A DNA stretch of 63,893 nt, counting the filler, from Folioceros fuciformis (Eukaryota), in assembly GCA_049999805.1 (NCBI GenBank). It is 6 parts of 6 records of this genome, joined end to end, with 100 filler letters (N's around TTAATTAATTAA, not from the genome) between each part and the next. Parts side by side here need not be neighbours in the genome. Positions count along the whole stretch, not along the records: positions 14,602 to 40,412 come from JBNGIO010003189.1; 5 more parts are not named here. One strand, written 5' to 3'. The notes beneath the pieces were generated by a model, which saw only the letters and a list, made by a program, of their open reading frames with translations, searched no databases and was not told where the DNA came from. Both the position numbers and the translations under genes were made by a program. Shown piece by piece: positions 27,503 to 39,539 of the stretch (the stretch's first letter is position 1; each line of letters starts with the position of its first letter).

Positions 27503-27676
27503 GATCATGTTTTAACAATATTTGATAATATGTTAACGCTAGTCAATCATGTTTTAATGATAGTTGATCATGTCTAAAAATAGGCTACCATGTGTTAGCG
27601 ATAGTTCGATGATGTTTCAACAATAATCGATCATGTTTCAACAATAGTCGATCAAAAAAAAAAAAAAAAAAAAAAT
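27503..27676. repeat. Degenerate ~22-bp tandem repeat (gatcatgtttyaacaatagtc) ending in a poly-A run
   Basis: About 6-7 imperfect copies are followed by more than 20 A. Confidence 0.7.
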
Positions 27677-28220
27677 TCTCTAACGAGTAATTCAATGTAC
27701 ACTAATTGACGCAAAATTTGCTGCCTACCTATCACATGTTATAACATAGGTAACAAAAGGCACTGAGGCATCTCTCTAATACATGAAGGTGCTGCTCAAG
27801 ATGTTTATCATAGGAAATGAGCTCTCTGATTTTGTAAGAGTGGTTTGTGAATTGTCCTTGCAACCCCATCATAAATTACTTGTGAGCTTGATTCAAGATT
27901 GGTGGACTAGACTGAAATGGTCGCTCATAAATTTTGAATTATTTATCAAAAAAATATAATATTTCTTAATTTAGTTCAGGCGATCATGTGAATGTTCTTT
28001 GGAAACAACAATTGTTGCCATACTTCTGTCTTGCTTAAGTTGACATGCTCTTCAGCAGTAGGGTTAGTTTTCCTACATATGTTAATGCAGTTTCCTAATT
28101 AATCACTGTTGCCAACTTGCCCAGTTAAAAGAAATTAAATTGAAGTAAGTCCCGCGACGGCAATCCGTCCAGTTGGACTTCAGGACAGTTCTTCTTTTCT
28201 GTTCTTACCGACCGAATATA

Positions 28221-28236
28221 GTTTAGGGTTAGGGTT
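28221..28236 (-). promoter_or_regulatory. Telo-box-like element (AACCCTAACCCTAAAC) upstream of RPL27
   Basis: gtttagggttagggtt lies ~90 bp before the ATG. Telo-boxes are typical of plant ribosomal protein promoters. Confidence 0.6.
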
Positions 28237-28324
28237 GGGGGGCTGTAAAACGCGTCAGTGTCACCCGAGCCTTCTCTTCGAAGGCCTTGAGCGTTGGAGT
28301 CACGTTGTTCGGCGACCGGCAGCC

Positions 28325-29003
28325 ATGGTGAAGTTCCTGAAGCAGAATAAAGTGGTTGTGCTTCTGCAAGGCCGGTACGCCGGGCGCAAGGCCGTGATCG
28401 TCAAGAATTTCGATGAGGGCACGCAACAGCGACGATACGGGCATGCCTTGGTTGCGGGCATTGCAAAGTACCCTAGGAAAGTGCGTAGCTGACGACTCTG
28501 CCTTGCAGGTTGATGGAGCTTGTCTGAAGGGCTAACTGGTACCTCTGACTCGCAGGTGATCAAGAAGGCGTCTGCGAAGAAGATCGCCAAGCGGTCTAGA
28601 TTGAAAGCGTTCATCAAGGTGGTGAACTACAACCACATCATGCCTACCAGGTGTCGCATCTGCTGCCGCCTTGTGCGTTGTGTCCTCGTGTTAGAGGCGT
28701 TGCGTGGCAGTTTGTTGCTTGACCGATTCTGTGTCTCCTTTCTCGCGGCAGGTATACTCTGGACGTGGACCTTAAGAACATCGTCGTGCCGGAGAAACTT
28801 GAGACGAAGGCCAAGCGAGTGGAGGCTCGAAAGGTATGAGCTTCCTGGTGCTGTGGTGTTAATCTGCTTGGCAGCTGTGCGAAGTACAGTTTGCGTGCTC
28901 ATCCCTGTTTGGAATGGGAATTTGGCAGGAGACGAAGGCAGTGTTTGAGGAGAGGTTTAAGACTGGTAAAAACCGCTGGTTTTTTTCCAAGCTACGGTTT
29001 TAG
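28325..29003 (+). CDS. RPL27: 60S ribosomal protein L27 (eL27), 4 exons
   Basis: [33 protein letters not shown]...[16 protein letters not shown]...[19 protein letters not shown]. Confidence 0.97.
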
Positions 29004-29689
29004 GGATAGTGCAGCAATGGCCCAAGGGCAACCGATTCTTCAGCACTGCTGTGCTTTCCGTGCGGAATCCTCGAGCAGAAGTGGATGTTGATGGTCGGGA
29101 GAATTGGAGACCGTCAGGCCTGCGGGGCCATGCAAATTTTGAATTTGTTGTTGAACGTGTGAAAATTTATTATATCCTTGGGGCGTCCACCCCTTTTCTA
29201 GGATCAGTCCTGTGGGTCTAACGCGTGGCCGCAGCTGGCGATGGTGGTTGCCTTGCCGTCGCGGCCTCAGAGAGTTTATCTGTTGTTGCAGAAAGCCGCA
29301 AATTTCACTTGTAAGTTTTTGCTTTCTTTCTTGCCGAACGGAAAAGTGCACAGTTGGTGAAACTTCTGTCGTTTGCCTCTCGAAAGGCAGTTTCTTTATC
29401 CATGGTGTCAAACATTACAGCTCGGTCTGCGAGCGGTCTCTACCTTCTGTAATGTCACGAAGTTGGGTTGCTCATGATTTGGTGGTCGAACCTGAAAATG
29501 GTCCCTACCTGTGCTCCTCTGATTTGAAACCGCTTGTCCTTCTCCGTTTGGGGCTAATTGTTGGTCGCTTGCCGAGGTAGCAGAACCATACTTAAGTCGA
29601 ATGCAATTGTTCAATGACGGAACACAAGCTGGCACCGCTGAGCAAGTCTTCTGGGCGAGAACCGAGCATGTTCCTCACCAGAACCTGGG

Positions 29690-31379
29690 TCACCTCCTTG
29701 TCCTAACAACAATCTCCCCGGCAACCTGCACACCCATGCCTCCTACGGCGGCTTCAAAGCAATCAAAGCCAGCCTCTTGGAGATGGGACTTGACCTTGGC
29801 CACAAAGGAGGTTGATGTGTCTGCGAGCTGGTGTCAAGGCACAAGGCAAAAACTGTTGTACCAGAAAGCAACAAGCAACAGCAGCGACAGGCAATAGATG
29901 TGAAGAGGAGAGCGGAGGATACCCCAAGGCAGGAGTGTGAGGACACACCCGCCACCTCCCGCACCAGTGAGCTTAGAGTGGAGGCCGAATTTGGAGGTGA
30001 TTTGGCAGATTCGCTCAATCGTGATATGACTGACACCGATGCTATGCAACAAGCCTTGATTCATTTCCACGAGCTCTTCCAACTGCATTTCTGCATCGCT
30101 TTTACAGCCTTGTGAGTCTGCCACATGCTCACCATGTCCATCTACTTCAAGTGTCTGCTCACCGTCCTCCATCCCCTCACCCGCCTGCAGAATGGAAACA
30201 ACTGTTTCTCCAATGGCATCGATAGCACTGAAGATGGCTGCCATCGCTTGGGGATACTTCTTTGCCCTGTCACCGACCCCAGCCACAAGGGCTTTGGTGT
30301 TCCGGCTGACTCTGGTATTGGTGAGGAGCATCCTGAGCGGCATTGCATTTCGCAGGCGGGTGATCTTTGTCTGCTTGAATTTGACGATGGAGCCTGAGAC
30401 AAGAGGAATAAGTTGGTGATAGAAAACCGGAAACTGGGAGGAGAGACTTCGAGCCTGCTGCAGCTGCAGGGTGAAGAGGGGAAGCCGGAATGCCCCACTG
30501 TAGCTTACCATATGTGCTGACAGTGTTGTCGATACCAGAAGGCCTGCCGTGTATGATCTTCTCCCCTTCGAACGCCCAATCATTGACCAGTCTAAGGCAG
30601 TTCTCATCCACGTCCAGCCACTTCCCAAAAGGAGAACACTTCAATCTCCCAGCCAACGCTAGCAGAGCCGCTGACAAGGAGACGCAGAAGGCAGCTGACG
30701 AACCGAGACCAGCGCCTACGGGAAGTTCAGAAGTGACAGTGACAGTGGACGGCTGCAACCTGACGCGTGAAACCTGTTAGCCAAGGGAAACGCGAACAAT
30801 CAGCAGTGTGACCAAAAGCTGCACCAAGATCATGGGTGGAGGAACAGGATGTTACCCAAATATCGAGGCGTACAGGTACAAGAACGCCATTATACCAGCA
30901 GCAGCTCCACCATGCAATCCTGGCTCCAGCTGCGAACCCACAAAGCGCTCGAGCTGCTTGTACAGATCGTTCGAGCAGGGACGAACAGTGGCAGTGGCTT
31001 CCCCAACATCGTCCAGAGCCGGCCAGTCGAAGGCAGTCCTGATCCTTCCCATAGGCCACCTCATATGCACCTCCAGCTGCGGCAAGTTGAGTGCCAAGAA
31101 CTCCTCCTTGCCTACACCAGCACAAGCATCCTCGGCCTCAAAACCCTACGCCGCCACACCACATTTTTCACAGCAACAAGCGGAATCCAAGAAGGCGAAC
31201 GAGGAGCTAGGACGAGGCACACCAGTGTCGCGCGCGTGCACCAGAATACAGGCATTCGTGTAGAGGCCGAGGGAGGCCGCCACTGCTGCCCCGCCGTGCA
31301 CCACGGCATGCTCTCCCACCAGGATCACCTTCCCAGGCGCCCTGGACTCCATCTTCCTCACTACCTCCACCTCCTCCAT
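29690..31379 (-). CDS. MVK: Mevalonate kinase (GHMP family), multi-exon
   Basis: SRAPGKVILVGEHAVVHG; LPVGAGLGSSAA; EKIIHGRPSGIDNTVSTYG; NQGLLHSIGVSH; SKLTGAGGGGC. Confidence 0.96.
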
Positions 31380-32286
31380 CTCCACTTCCTTCCTCCGCCT
31401 TCGCCCACCGGAGACCACACACTCGCCCGCTCCCGATCCAGTCCCGTAATCTAAACAGCGCAATTCAATCTGCACACGCCACGCCCTGACACAACCAGAA
31501 GCGGCAAAGCCGCGAAGCGGCCTGGGCCCCAACCGCTGGCGGTCAGCAGACAGGAACCTGAAGGCCCATCAATCGCAGCAGGTGGGAGCCATGGCCAGCA
31601 CGTGAGGTTACGACACAAAGCCGGCATCGGTCTCGGACCCGACAGCGACTCCCGCCAAGCCGTCCGTTTCCTGGAAATATCCGACGCCCCGGCATGACCG
31701 GCTGCTCACTCCCACTTCACGCTCCCCTGCACATGAAGAGCGTGTCAGTCTACTGGCATGGCGAGATGGCGTGCAAATCCCAACTCCGAAAACAAATCCG
31801 AGCTTGAACTGGCCGAGAGCTTGCGTTCAGAAGTCGGGCCTCTGGCAGGATGCAGGGATCGCAGACCACGGCTGTGCTGATTCCCGTGCGTTGCTGGAGC
31901 AAGATCTGGACAGCTTCCTTGCTGCCATTGCAGCTGACGGCGGGTGATGGGAGGAGCACGAGCCTGCCAGGCCAAAGGACTTTGACACCAGACGAGGGTT
32001 ACGCTTAACCCGAGAAGGTGGTTAATCTGACCAACCCAGTGTGTTCACGAGAGTGTGACTCTTCAACCGACCCTCGCCTTCCTTGACTTTTGCAACGACG
32101 TCTAGGCGAGGAGGGGAATGGCGTGCAAGCTTGCGGGGAGAAGATTCTGTACGGACTGGAGTCGAGATTAGCGAGCAGCGTCCAAGAGGCGGAAGGAACA
32201 GGATGGTGTGAAGGAGATGGAGGCGGCAAGGGCACTTGCGGTGGAGGGAGTGTGATGGTTAGGTGCACGAACCATGTTGTCCGCAA

Positions 32287-33990
32287 ATGATGTGGGCGGC
32301 TTCGGAAATCAGCCACGCCCACGAGGGGAGCCAGAGCCAGAGCCAGAACGAGGGAGAGGGCGAGGGCGAGGGCGGGTGCGAGGAGGGAGCCAGGTTGCTG
32401 AGCTTCAAGGATTCTTTCCTCAAGGAGGAGGGCCCGGCGGAGGAGATCCAGGGGGCGCTCAAGAAATGGCCGTCTCTTCAACAAATCGTGCTGGAACTGG
32501 AGCGGCAGAGCAGGATCGGGGCGTCCATAGCGGCCATGAATCTCATGTACTTCGCGCGCTCCATCGTGTCCACCGTCTTCCTGGGCCATCTTGGGGGGCT
32601 GCAGCTTGCGGGCGGGACCCTGGCCCTGACCTACGCCAACGTCACAGGCTTCTCCCTGCTCACAGGCCTGTCGGGGGGGATGGAGCCCATCTGCAGCCAG
32701 GCGTACGGAGCCCGGCACTACAAGCTCATGGGGCTGACGCTGCAGCGGGGGATTCTCATCCTGCTCCTTACCTGCGTTCCGGTCACCGCTGCGTGGCTCA
32801 ACATCGAGAGGGTGTTGCTGTTTGTGGGCCAGGACGCTGCTGTGGCAGCTGTTGCCAAGACGTACCTCAAGTACTTGCTTCCTGACCTGGTGGCCACATC
32901 TGTGCTGGCTCCGTTGAGGATCTACCTGCGCTCCCAGTGCATCACCAAGCCTATGATGGTGGTGACAGGGGTGGCTATGGCTTTCCACGTCCCTGTGAAC
33001 TACTTCCTGGTGTATGGCCCCTTGAAGCTGGGAGGCCCGGGCACAGCCCTGGCCGCCTGCTTCACAGACTTCATCATGATCGTCATGTTCGTGGTGTACA
33101 TCAGGAGGTCCGGCGTCGACAGGATCTCGTGGACGCCCTGGACAAAAGCCAGCTTCATGGACTGGACCCCGTTGCTGACCCTGGCAGTCCCCTCCTGCCT
33201 CATGACCTGCCTGGAGTGGTGGTGCTATGAGATCATGACCCTGCTCACAGGCTTCCTGCCTAATTCCAGGGAGGCCATCTCCACCATGACTATTGTCCTG
33301 AACGGGGACACCCTCCTGTACGCCATGCAAATCTCCCTCGCCTCCTGCGTCTGCACCCGTGTGGGGAACGAGCTGGGTGCCAACAGGCCTCTGGGAGCTT
33401 ACCATGCTTCGGTTGCCACCTTGGGCTTGAGCATGGGGATGGCGTGCCTGGGCTCCTTCGCTCTCATATGCGCTCGGTCATCCTGGGGCAAGCTCTTCAC
33501 TTCCGACCAGCAGATCCTCATGGGAGTGGCCAAGATTCTGCCCATCATGGGCCTCATGGAGCTGGGCAATTTCCCTCAGACTGTGTGCTGCGGCGTGTTG
33601 AGGGGCAGTGCCAGGCCGTCCATGGGTGCGTACTTGAACGGAGGAGCCTTCTATCTGGTGGGCATACCCCTGGGAGTCTGCCTGGCATTCTGGTTCAAGC
33701 TCGGACTGGTGGGCCTTTGGATCGGGCTGCTGGCTGCAGTCGCCACCTGCGCTTCCATGGCGGTGTTTGCTGTCATTCGCACTGACTGGATCTTGCAGGC
33801 TATGCGTGCCCAGAACCTTACTCTTCCATCCAGGGTGCTTACTGACCCTTGCCAGGACCTGGATAACAAACATGGTGGTCAGCTAGAACTAGCTGCTTTC
33901 GCAGACGAAATCCCTGTCTGTGCTCCGGAGATCAACTACGAGAGGGGATACTGTATTGCAGCCCTGGCTCCAGTACCCTCATCCTACTGA
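32287..33990 (+). CDS. MATE/DTX efflux transporter, intronless clade
   Basis: FLGHLGGLQLAGGTLA, GMEPICSQAYGA, CLEWWCYE, TRVGNELGANRP, GVLRGSARP, FYLVGIP; about 12 hydrophobic segments. First in-frame ATG is at 32287. Confidence 0.96.
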   Translation: MMWAASEISHAHEGSQSQSQNEGEGEGEGGCEEGARLLSFKDSFLKEEGPAEEIQGALKKWPSLQQIVLELERQSRIGASIAAMNLMYFARSIVSTVFLGHLGGLQLAGGTLALTYANVTGFSLLTGLSGGMEPICSQAYGARHYKLMGLTLQRGILILLLTCVPVTAAWLNIERVLLFVGQDAAVAAVAKTYLKYLLPDLVATSVLAPLRIYLRSQCITKPMMVVTGVAMAFHVPVNYFLVYGPLKLGGPGTALAACFTDFIMIVMFVVYIRRSGVDRISWTPWTKASFMDWTPLLTLAVPSCLMTCLEWWCYEIMTLLTGFLPNSREAISTMTIVLNGDTLLYAMQISLASCVCTRVGNELGANRPLGAYHASVATLGLSMGMACLGSFALICARSSWGKLFTSDQQILMGVAKILPIMGLMELGNFPQTVCCGVLRGSARPSMGAYLNGGAFYLVGIPLGVCLAFWFKLGLVGLWIGLLAAVATCASMAVFAVIRTDWILQAMRAQNLTLPSRVLTDPCQDLDNKHGGQLELAAFADEIPVCAPEINYERGYCIAALAPVPSSY

Positions 33991-35043
33991 ATCACCGGAA
34001 CACACACTAGTGCTAGTACTAGTCCTGGACCAGGCTCTGTCGGACTCTCTCTGCCTCGCCGAGTTTGATTAACTCCACCCACGTTTCCACTCCCACTCAC
34101 GCTTCCCCAAACTTGTCAAACATCATACTGACTCAGAATCCGAACAACGAATGAGGCCACGACAAGTTCCACATCCCCATGAACAAGCTACCTTGGGAAT
34201 CGCCACTCCCACCCTCCGACATAAATGGGCAACCGACTTTTCCTCGTACGAACACTTGGGCAGGACGGATATCTACAGCCTTTTCAGAATGCAAGTCTAA
34301 GGAACAACACAGACCAGACGGGGGTGCCATAAAAGCCCCTGACGAGTTGTTCCTGAAGCAAACATGCCACGTTTAGCTGAGCAGGTGGAAGGAACCGGCA
34401 TCCGAGAAGAATGTATGAAACCAAACCACAGACTCTCTTGAGAGACAGGGTGCCCCCGCCCCCGCCGCCGCCCCGGGTCTGGCCACCCGAGAGAGCAGCG
34501 AGGGCATATTGTACTGCACCACGTCATCGAGGATGCAACCACCTGCCACACGAGCACCACCGAATCAAAACTTGCCAGGCCAGCAGGCCTGTCCCACACC
34601 ACCACAACTACCAAATCTTCCTGAGCTCGCACTGAAGGGCCGGAGCCGGAGGCATCTGAGACACGAGATCCAACGATGGACTTCAGGATGCCTGCATTTG
34701 CCTTCGGCTGAGCACTTTGGTGAGGGCTGCAGAAGACCATGACATTGCAGTTCGCCAATTGGTGCAGTTCTGAAGAGATCCAAGTTCCCACATATCTAAA
34801 TACATGGGTAGCCAACGAGTTTTGATCAAGCTCGAGGGAACACGCAGACAAACACGAATCAGGATCAGGTCCAGCTGCGTGCAGCTGGACCACTGACGGC
34901 CACTCTCTCATGGTAGACGTGCTCCATGGTGGCGTTTGTTCTCCTTGCTTATGTGCAGTACACTGTTTGAGGAAGGACGGTACTTCCGGATATCAGACTG
35001 AAACATGTACTGTAACTCCTTTTGATTGTCCGGGTTGGATGCG

Positions 35044-35123
35044 CTTCTCTTCTCTTCTCTTCTCTTCTCTTCTCCTCTCTTCTCTTCTCCTCTCTTCTCT
35101 TCTCTTCTCCTCTCCTCTCCTCT
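35044..35123. repeat. (CTTCT/CTCCT)n pentanucleotide microsatellite
   Basis: About 16 tandem units. Confidence 0.92.
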
Positions 35124-36535
35124 CCCATCACGTTCTTTTTGTTCTCGATACAATTTTACTTACGAAGAAGGACAAACGTTCCAAGATGTGTGAAGCAAGA
35201 CTTGAGAAGAAAGCGGAAGCCATCGATGTGCGGGCCACACTCACAGGAAGGCAGGAATGCGGTCAAGACGGCCCTCCAAAAGGCTCCTGTTGCGCGCCGT
35301 GCGCTGCCTGCATGCAGCTTGGCTCGCATGTCGTGCCAGGCAGAGCCCGCACAACCCCAGCGACCGGCCCATTGCACTTCCATATGCAAGACCTGATCGA
35401 AGCGCATCGGAATCTGAGAGGGCTGAGCGAGCAACTAACTCCACAGTGTGGACGGAATCATAGTTGCGGCGGGCCCAGTCGCGCCGTTCACCCGCATCCC
35501 CAAGCGCTGCCATGTTTGCCCATGTCCAAGTGATGGACAGTCGTGCCTCGATTGGCCGCGCCGGGCCCTAGGGCTGCCCCGAGCGGTAGCCAGTCCGCGG
35601 CAGCGGAACTCGGGGACTCCCTCGCTCGGGTCTCCCCGCAGTGCGCGCCGTCCCAGACCATGATCGAGCGTGTGACATCGGCCGTGCGTTCGAGAGGCAG
35701 CGGATCTGATATGTCGGGACCAGCACCTAACGGTTCCTCCCACCCCGGCGTCCGGCTGCGTCTTCTCTCGTTCCGACGAAGAACGAACTGCGGACTCGAT
35801 TGCATTCGTACGCGGCCGCAAACGAAGGACGGGAAGGCTTTATTCTGTCTGCCAAACTCGAGACTGGTGACCACGTTTAAACACCTTGATCGTCCCGCTC
35901 GCTGGAGCAATTCCACTCTCTACCGGTGAGTGAAAGTCGAAGACGTCTCCCGCCCGGAATTCCGCTGCTCGCACTCATCAGACACCCTCCAACTCCGGCT
36001 CCGGCTCCCGCTCCAGCTCCAGCTCCGGCTCCGCTTCCCGTTCCTGCTGTCGCTGGCTTTGCCGTTGCGCTGGGGTCGCCGCTGTGACATCGCCTGGCCT
36101 CGGGAACGGAGAGCGGCTCTCTTCCCGAGCTCCACGAATCGGCGCTCCTCCTCCCCGTCCAATTCCGCACGGCCGGTCTTCCGCTCAGCAAAGTAACGTC
36201 TTCTCTTGCGTGCGGGGGTCTCGGCAGACGCTTTGGCCAAATGAGGTTGTCTCCCCGCAGCTTTGCTCATTCTGCGCATCTCTAGCTCACAGTCTCTACG
36301 AGCTGAAGGAAGGGAGGGAGGAATTGAGAGGCGGGAGGACTCTGCTCTCTTGCGTGCTTCAGTCCTTGCTTCCGCGAACAAGTTGCTTGTCCGCAATCCG
36401 ATTGGTACGCTGCGGTGGCCTGCTCCGAGTGCGAGAATTTGTCGCTTTGAAGCGCCAAGCGGTTTGCAGGAAATTGATCCTTGTGATCGGGATGATTATG
36501 TTGAATTGCAGGTACGGGAGGTTGTATTTGACGCA

Positions 36536-38817
36536 ATGTCGCTGCACAGGGGCCTCGGTTTGATCCTTGTGACGGCCCTGGTTCTTGTAGCTGTGTCCTT
36601 AGCAGAAGGTGAGTGAGTCGACTCCGTGTGCTTTGCGTGCGGTATGTGCATTTCTTTCATCGCGGATTTTTCTTGCTACTATCCGTTCGTCGCTGGCGGC
36701 TGACATCTCCGAGTCGACGCTTTCTCGAGCAAAGCTTGCTCCTGATTGGGAGGGATTGAGGGAATTTGTGCTGCGGTTAGGGATGAATTTGTTATTTTGC
36801 ATCAGGATTTTTCTTCCATATCTCGCATCCCTGCTCACAGATGCATTTTCACTTCCTTTGGGAACAAATTGCGAGCCGTAGTTTCGCAGGGTTGGCGTTG
36901 TTCTTTTGGTCTCGGTAACCTAAGCTGGCTAACCCGAGACTGTTATGTACCCGGTTTGAGCTGATCATGGTGGCTAGCCGTAAGTGGCAGGCAAACGAGC
37001 ATAACTAACGTGCGATACTGTGTAGATTTTGTGGAGGAGGAATGACCTTTGTTTATGGCTTGCTACAGGACTGCAATGCCAGTCAAAGGGAGTAACCATC
37101 TCCGTCAGAAAGGCGGCGGACGTGGCTCAGCGTCTTCGGCATCCCCCAACCGAGCTGGTCACGCTTGTTGTATTGACCAACCCAGGCCCGCTGCGTCTGG
37201 TAGGCTCCGGCTACAGCTGCACAGTCATCCGCTCCAGATCCGCCGACAACCCGGTAACAGTAGTGTCCAACGACCGGTCGCCCGCACTCTACGTGGAGGG
37301 TGCTAGCCACGTGCTTGTCACAGGGGTAAACTTCAAGATCAACGCATGGAGAGGCTCACCAAAAGGCTGCCCAGCTGTTACTGAAGAGAAGGGCAGTAAA
37401 TACCAGTCCTGCCCGGCTGTGTATCTTTGTACTGTTCACAACGTTCTGCTTACCAAGGTATCATCTCGTTTGAAGACTCTGTATCTTGGAAGATTTTGGA
37501 AATTTGAATGTGATGCATGTGAGTGCTACTGTGTGTCAGTGAGCAGAGAACGTGTGATTTCCAAATCCAGTGGCAAGTCAAGTCTTCGCAGTTCACGAGA
37601 GTGTTTTTGCATCCTGATTGCAGGGATTGATAAATGGCCGTGTGGATCTTTGGCGAGCGGAGTCGAGCCTGGTAGATTCTGTCACCATCAAGGGCTTTGA
37701 GTGGGATACAGGCCTCAGGATAGGGGACAGCGGGGATGGGCCTGCCCACAGGAAGTCTGGTACTGTCATCTCCAACAATGACATCAGTGGGAGCGACAAT
37801 GCCATCTGGCTGCTGTTTGGGGCCGTGGGGACTTCCATTGTGAACAACTACATCCATGAGTTTGGCTTCAGCGCCATCAGGTGTGGGTTGGGGGAGCACA
37901 ATGTGGGGGACTGCATGCTGACCACTATCAGCGACAACGTCATCTACACAGCGCCTCACGAAAGGAAAATCTCTGACAACACGGGCATCTACTTTGGTAC
38001 GCATTGGCTTAATGTGGGGAACTTCTTGAGCTGCAATTACGTTATTGGAGGGGAGCACTGCCTGTACCTGGACTGGGCAAGCTCTGGGATTACTATCGAT
38101 GGTGGAGTTTGTCATCTGAATCTGAATGGCTTGAAGCTCAACAGCGGTCACTCCAACAAAGTAACTAGTTTGATCATCTCGTCGCCAAGTGGGCAGAGTG
38201 GCTGGATCAGCTGTCAAGATTACGAGGTCAACAATTGCCTGTCGGACCCAGGTACTCATTGGGAATCTATGCGGAGACAATTTTATAACAGCGGTACTTA
38301 TCAGAAAGTAAGTATCCACTTGGATGGCACCTGTGTTCGTGGCCAGAGAGCCCACCTTTACAAACGAAAACTGTGAGCAAGTTCTGGTCTGACCACATTA
38401 TACTGCTTTCGTGTGCAGCTGTACCCTTGGTTGAACAACTTCTGCGGTATCAGGAGTATCAACGGCCAGAACTGCAATCCGCGAGGATCTGAACCTCCCT
38501 CGCGGACAGGCTCGTGCAGTGGCTTGCCGACCGCCAACGATATCACATTGACCCTGGTGAATGCAGGCAAATATATTCCCGGCTACAGACGCTGCGAGAA
38601 GGTGACCTGCATTGAGAAGATAAACTCCCTAAAATACCACGAGGTCAGTGGGAACTACCCCAATTTCAACAAAGTAGGCTCATTCGGACACGGAGATGAT
38701 TTTGGAGTTCCGAGGAACTCTCAAGTATACCGCCACGAGCCGAACTTCAAGTCCTGTCCCAAGAGCAACGTTGGAATCAAGGCTGTGCACCCTGACACAT
38801 ACTACGCTCGACTGTAG
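36536..38817 (+). CDS. Secreted right-handed parallel beta-helix protein (GH141-like/pectin-lyase fold); exons 36536-36608, 37069-37457, 37624-38307, 38419-38817
   Basis: Signal peptide MSLHRGLGLILVTALVLVAVSLA; GT-AG introns with consistent phases; PbH1-like rungs TVISNNDI, TSIVNNYIH, TTISDNVI; DNTGIYF and LYLDWASSG motifs; about 515 aa. Confidence 0.8.
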
Positions 38818-39539
38818 GTACTTGGTAAGTGTTCGATATCGAGCTAACACTCGTGCTTCAGTTAATGCCTTGGCAAGTTCAACACTTTCATTCCTCCTTC
38901 TGACATGGGATGCAGGTTCCGAGAAGTGACCAAGAAGACAAATTGAGCTAAGCTCCATCACGCTTCAAGCGCACACCACCCGAGATAGGAGTGCTCAGGA
39001 CAACGGAGTGCTCGGAGATCGGAGAGCATCTACGTTGTGTCATTCCTTTTAGTTGGGCAAGAAACGTAGCCGTCGCTACCTGGTAGTCATGGCAAGGTCC
39101 ATATTTTTATTCAGATATTCAAATATATATATATATATATAACATTAAAACATTGAAAACTTAAACTTTTATGAAGTATCTTCATGATTCAAGGATTTAA
39201 GGATCTATCCTAATTCTTTTATATAATATATACAAAATTAAACAACATGAAGTCATATCATGTGTAATTTTGAGTATGGAAGATAAAAAAATTTAAAGAG
39301 AGTATATTTGATTGAAGTTATATATATATATATATATAGCAAGGTAATATATGAATAAGAAGATTTTGGCTACTCAGGAAGAAGTTTAAGGCCTTGGATT
39401 TTTGTTAGCACTTGTATACATTATTATCAAAAAATGCATGCAAATATTAACACCACTCTAATCTTTAATGAATTATTAGGTTAGCAACCATCTATGGAAT
39501 AGAGACATCATCACGCCATCTTTGACACAAAGTTTTGCA

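Noticed and set aside
32005-33405. 466-aa antisense ORF over the MATE gene
   Set aside because: Shadow of high GC3 codon usage in the MATE CDS; no domain features.
35308-35328. Partial resemblance to miR536 or its target site
   Set aside because: About 5 mismatches in 20 nt against my recollection of the miRNA, and the hairpin is too short for a plant pre-miRNA.
34908-35533. ORFs with EEKRR / SSLLF repeats
   Set aside because: Translations of the (CTTCT)n microsatellite.
37450-38355. 301-aa antisense ORF over exon 3 of the beta-helix gene
   Set aside because: Antisense shadow; the sense strand has the splice sites, signal peptide and motifs.
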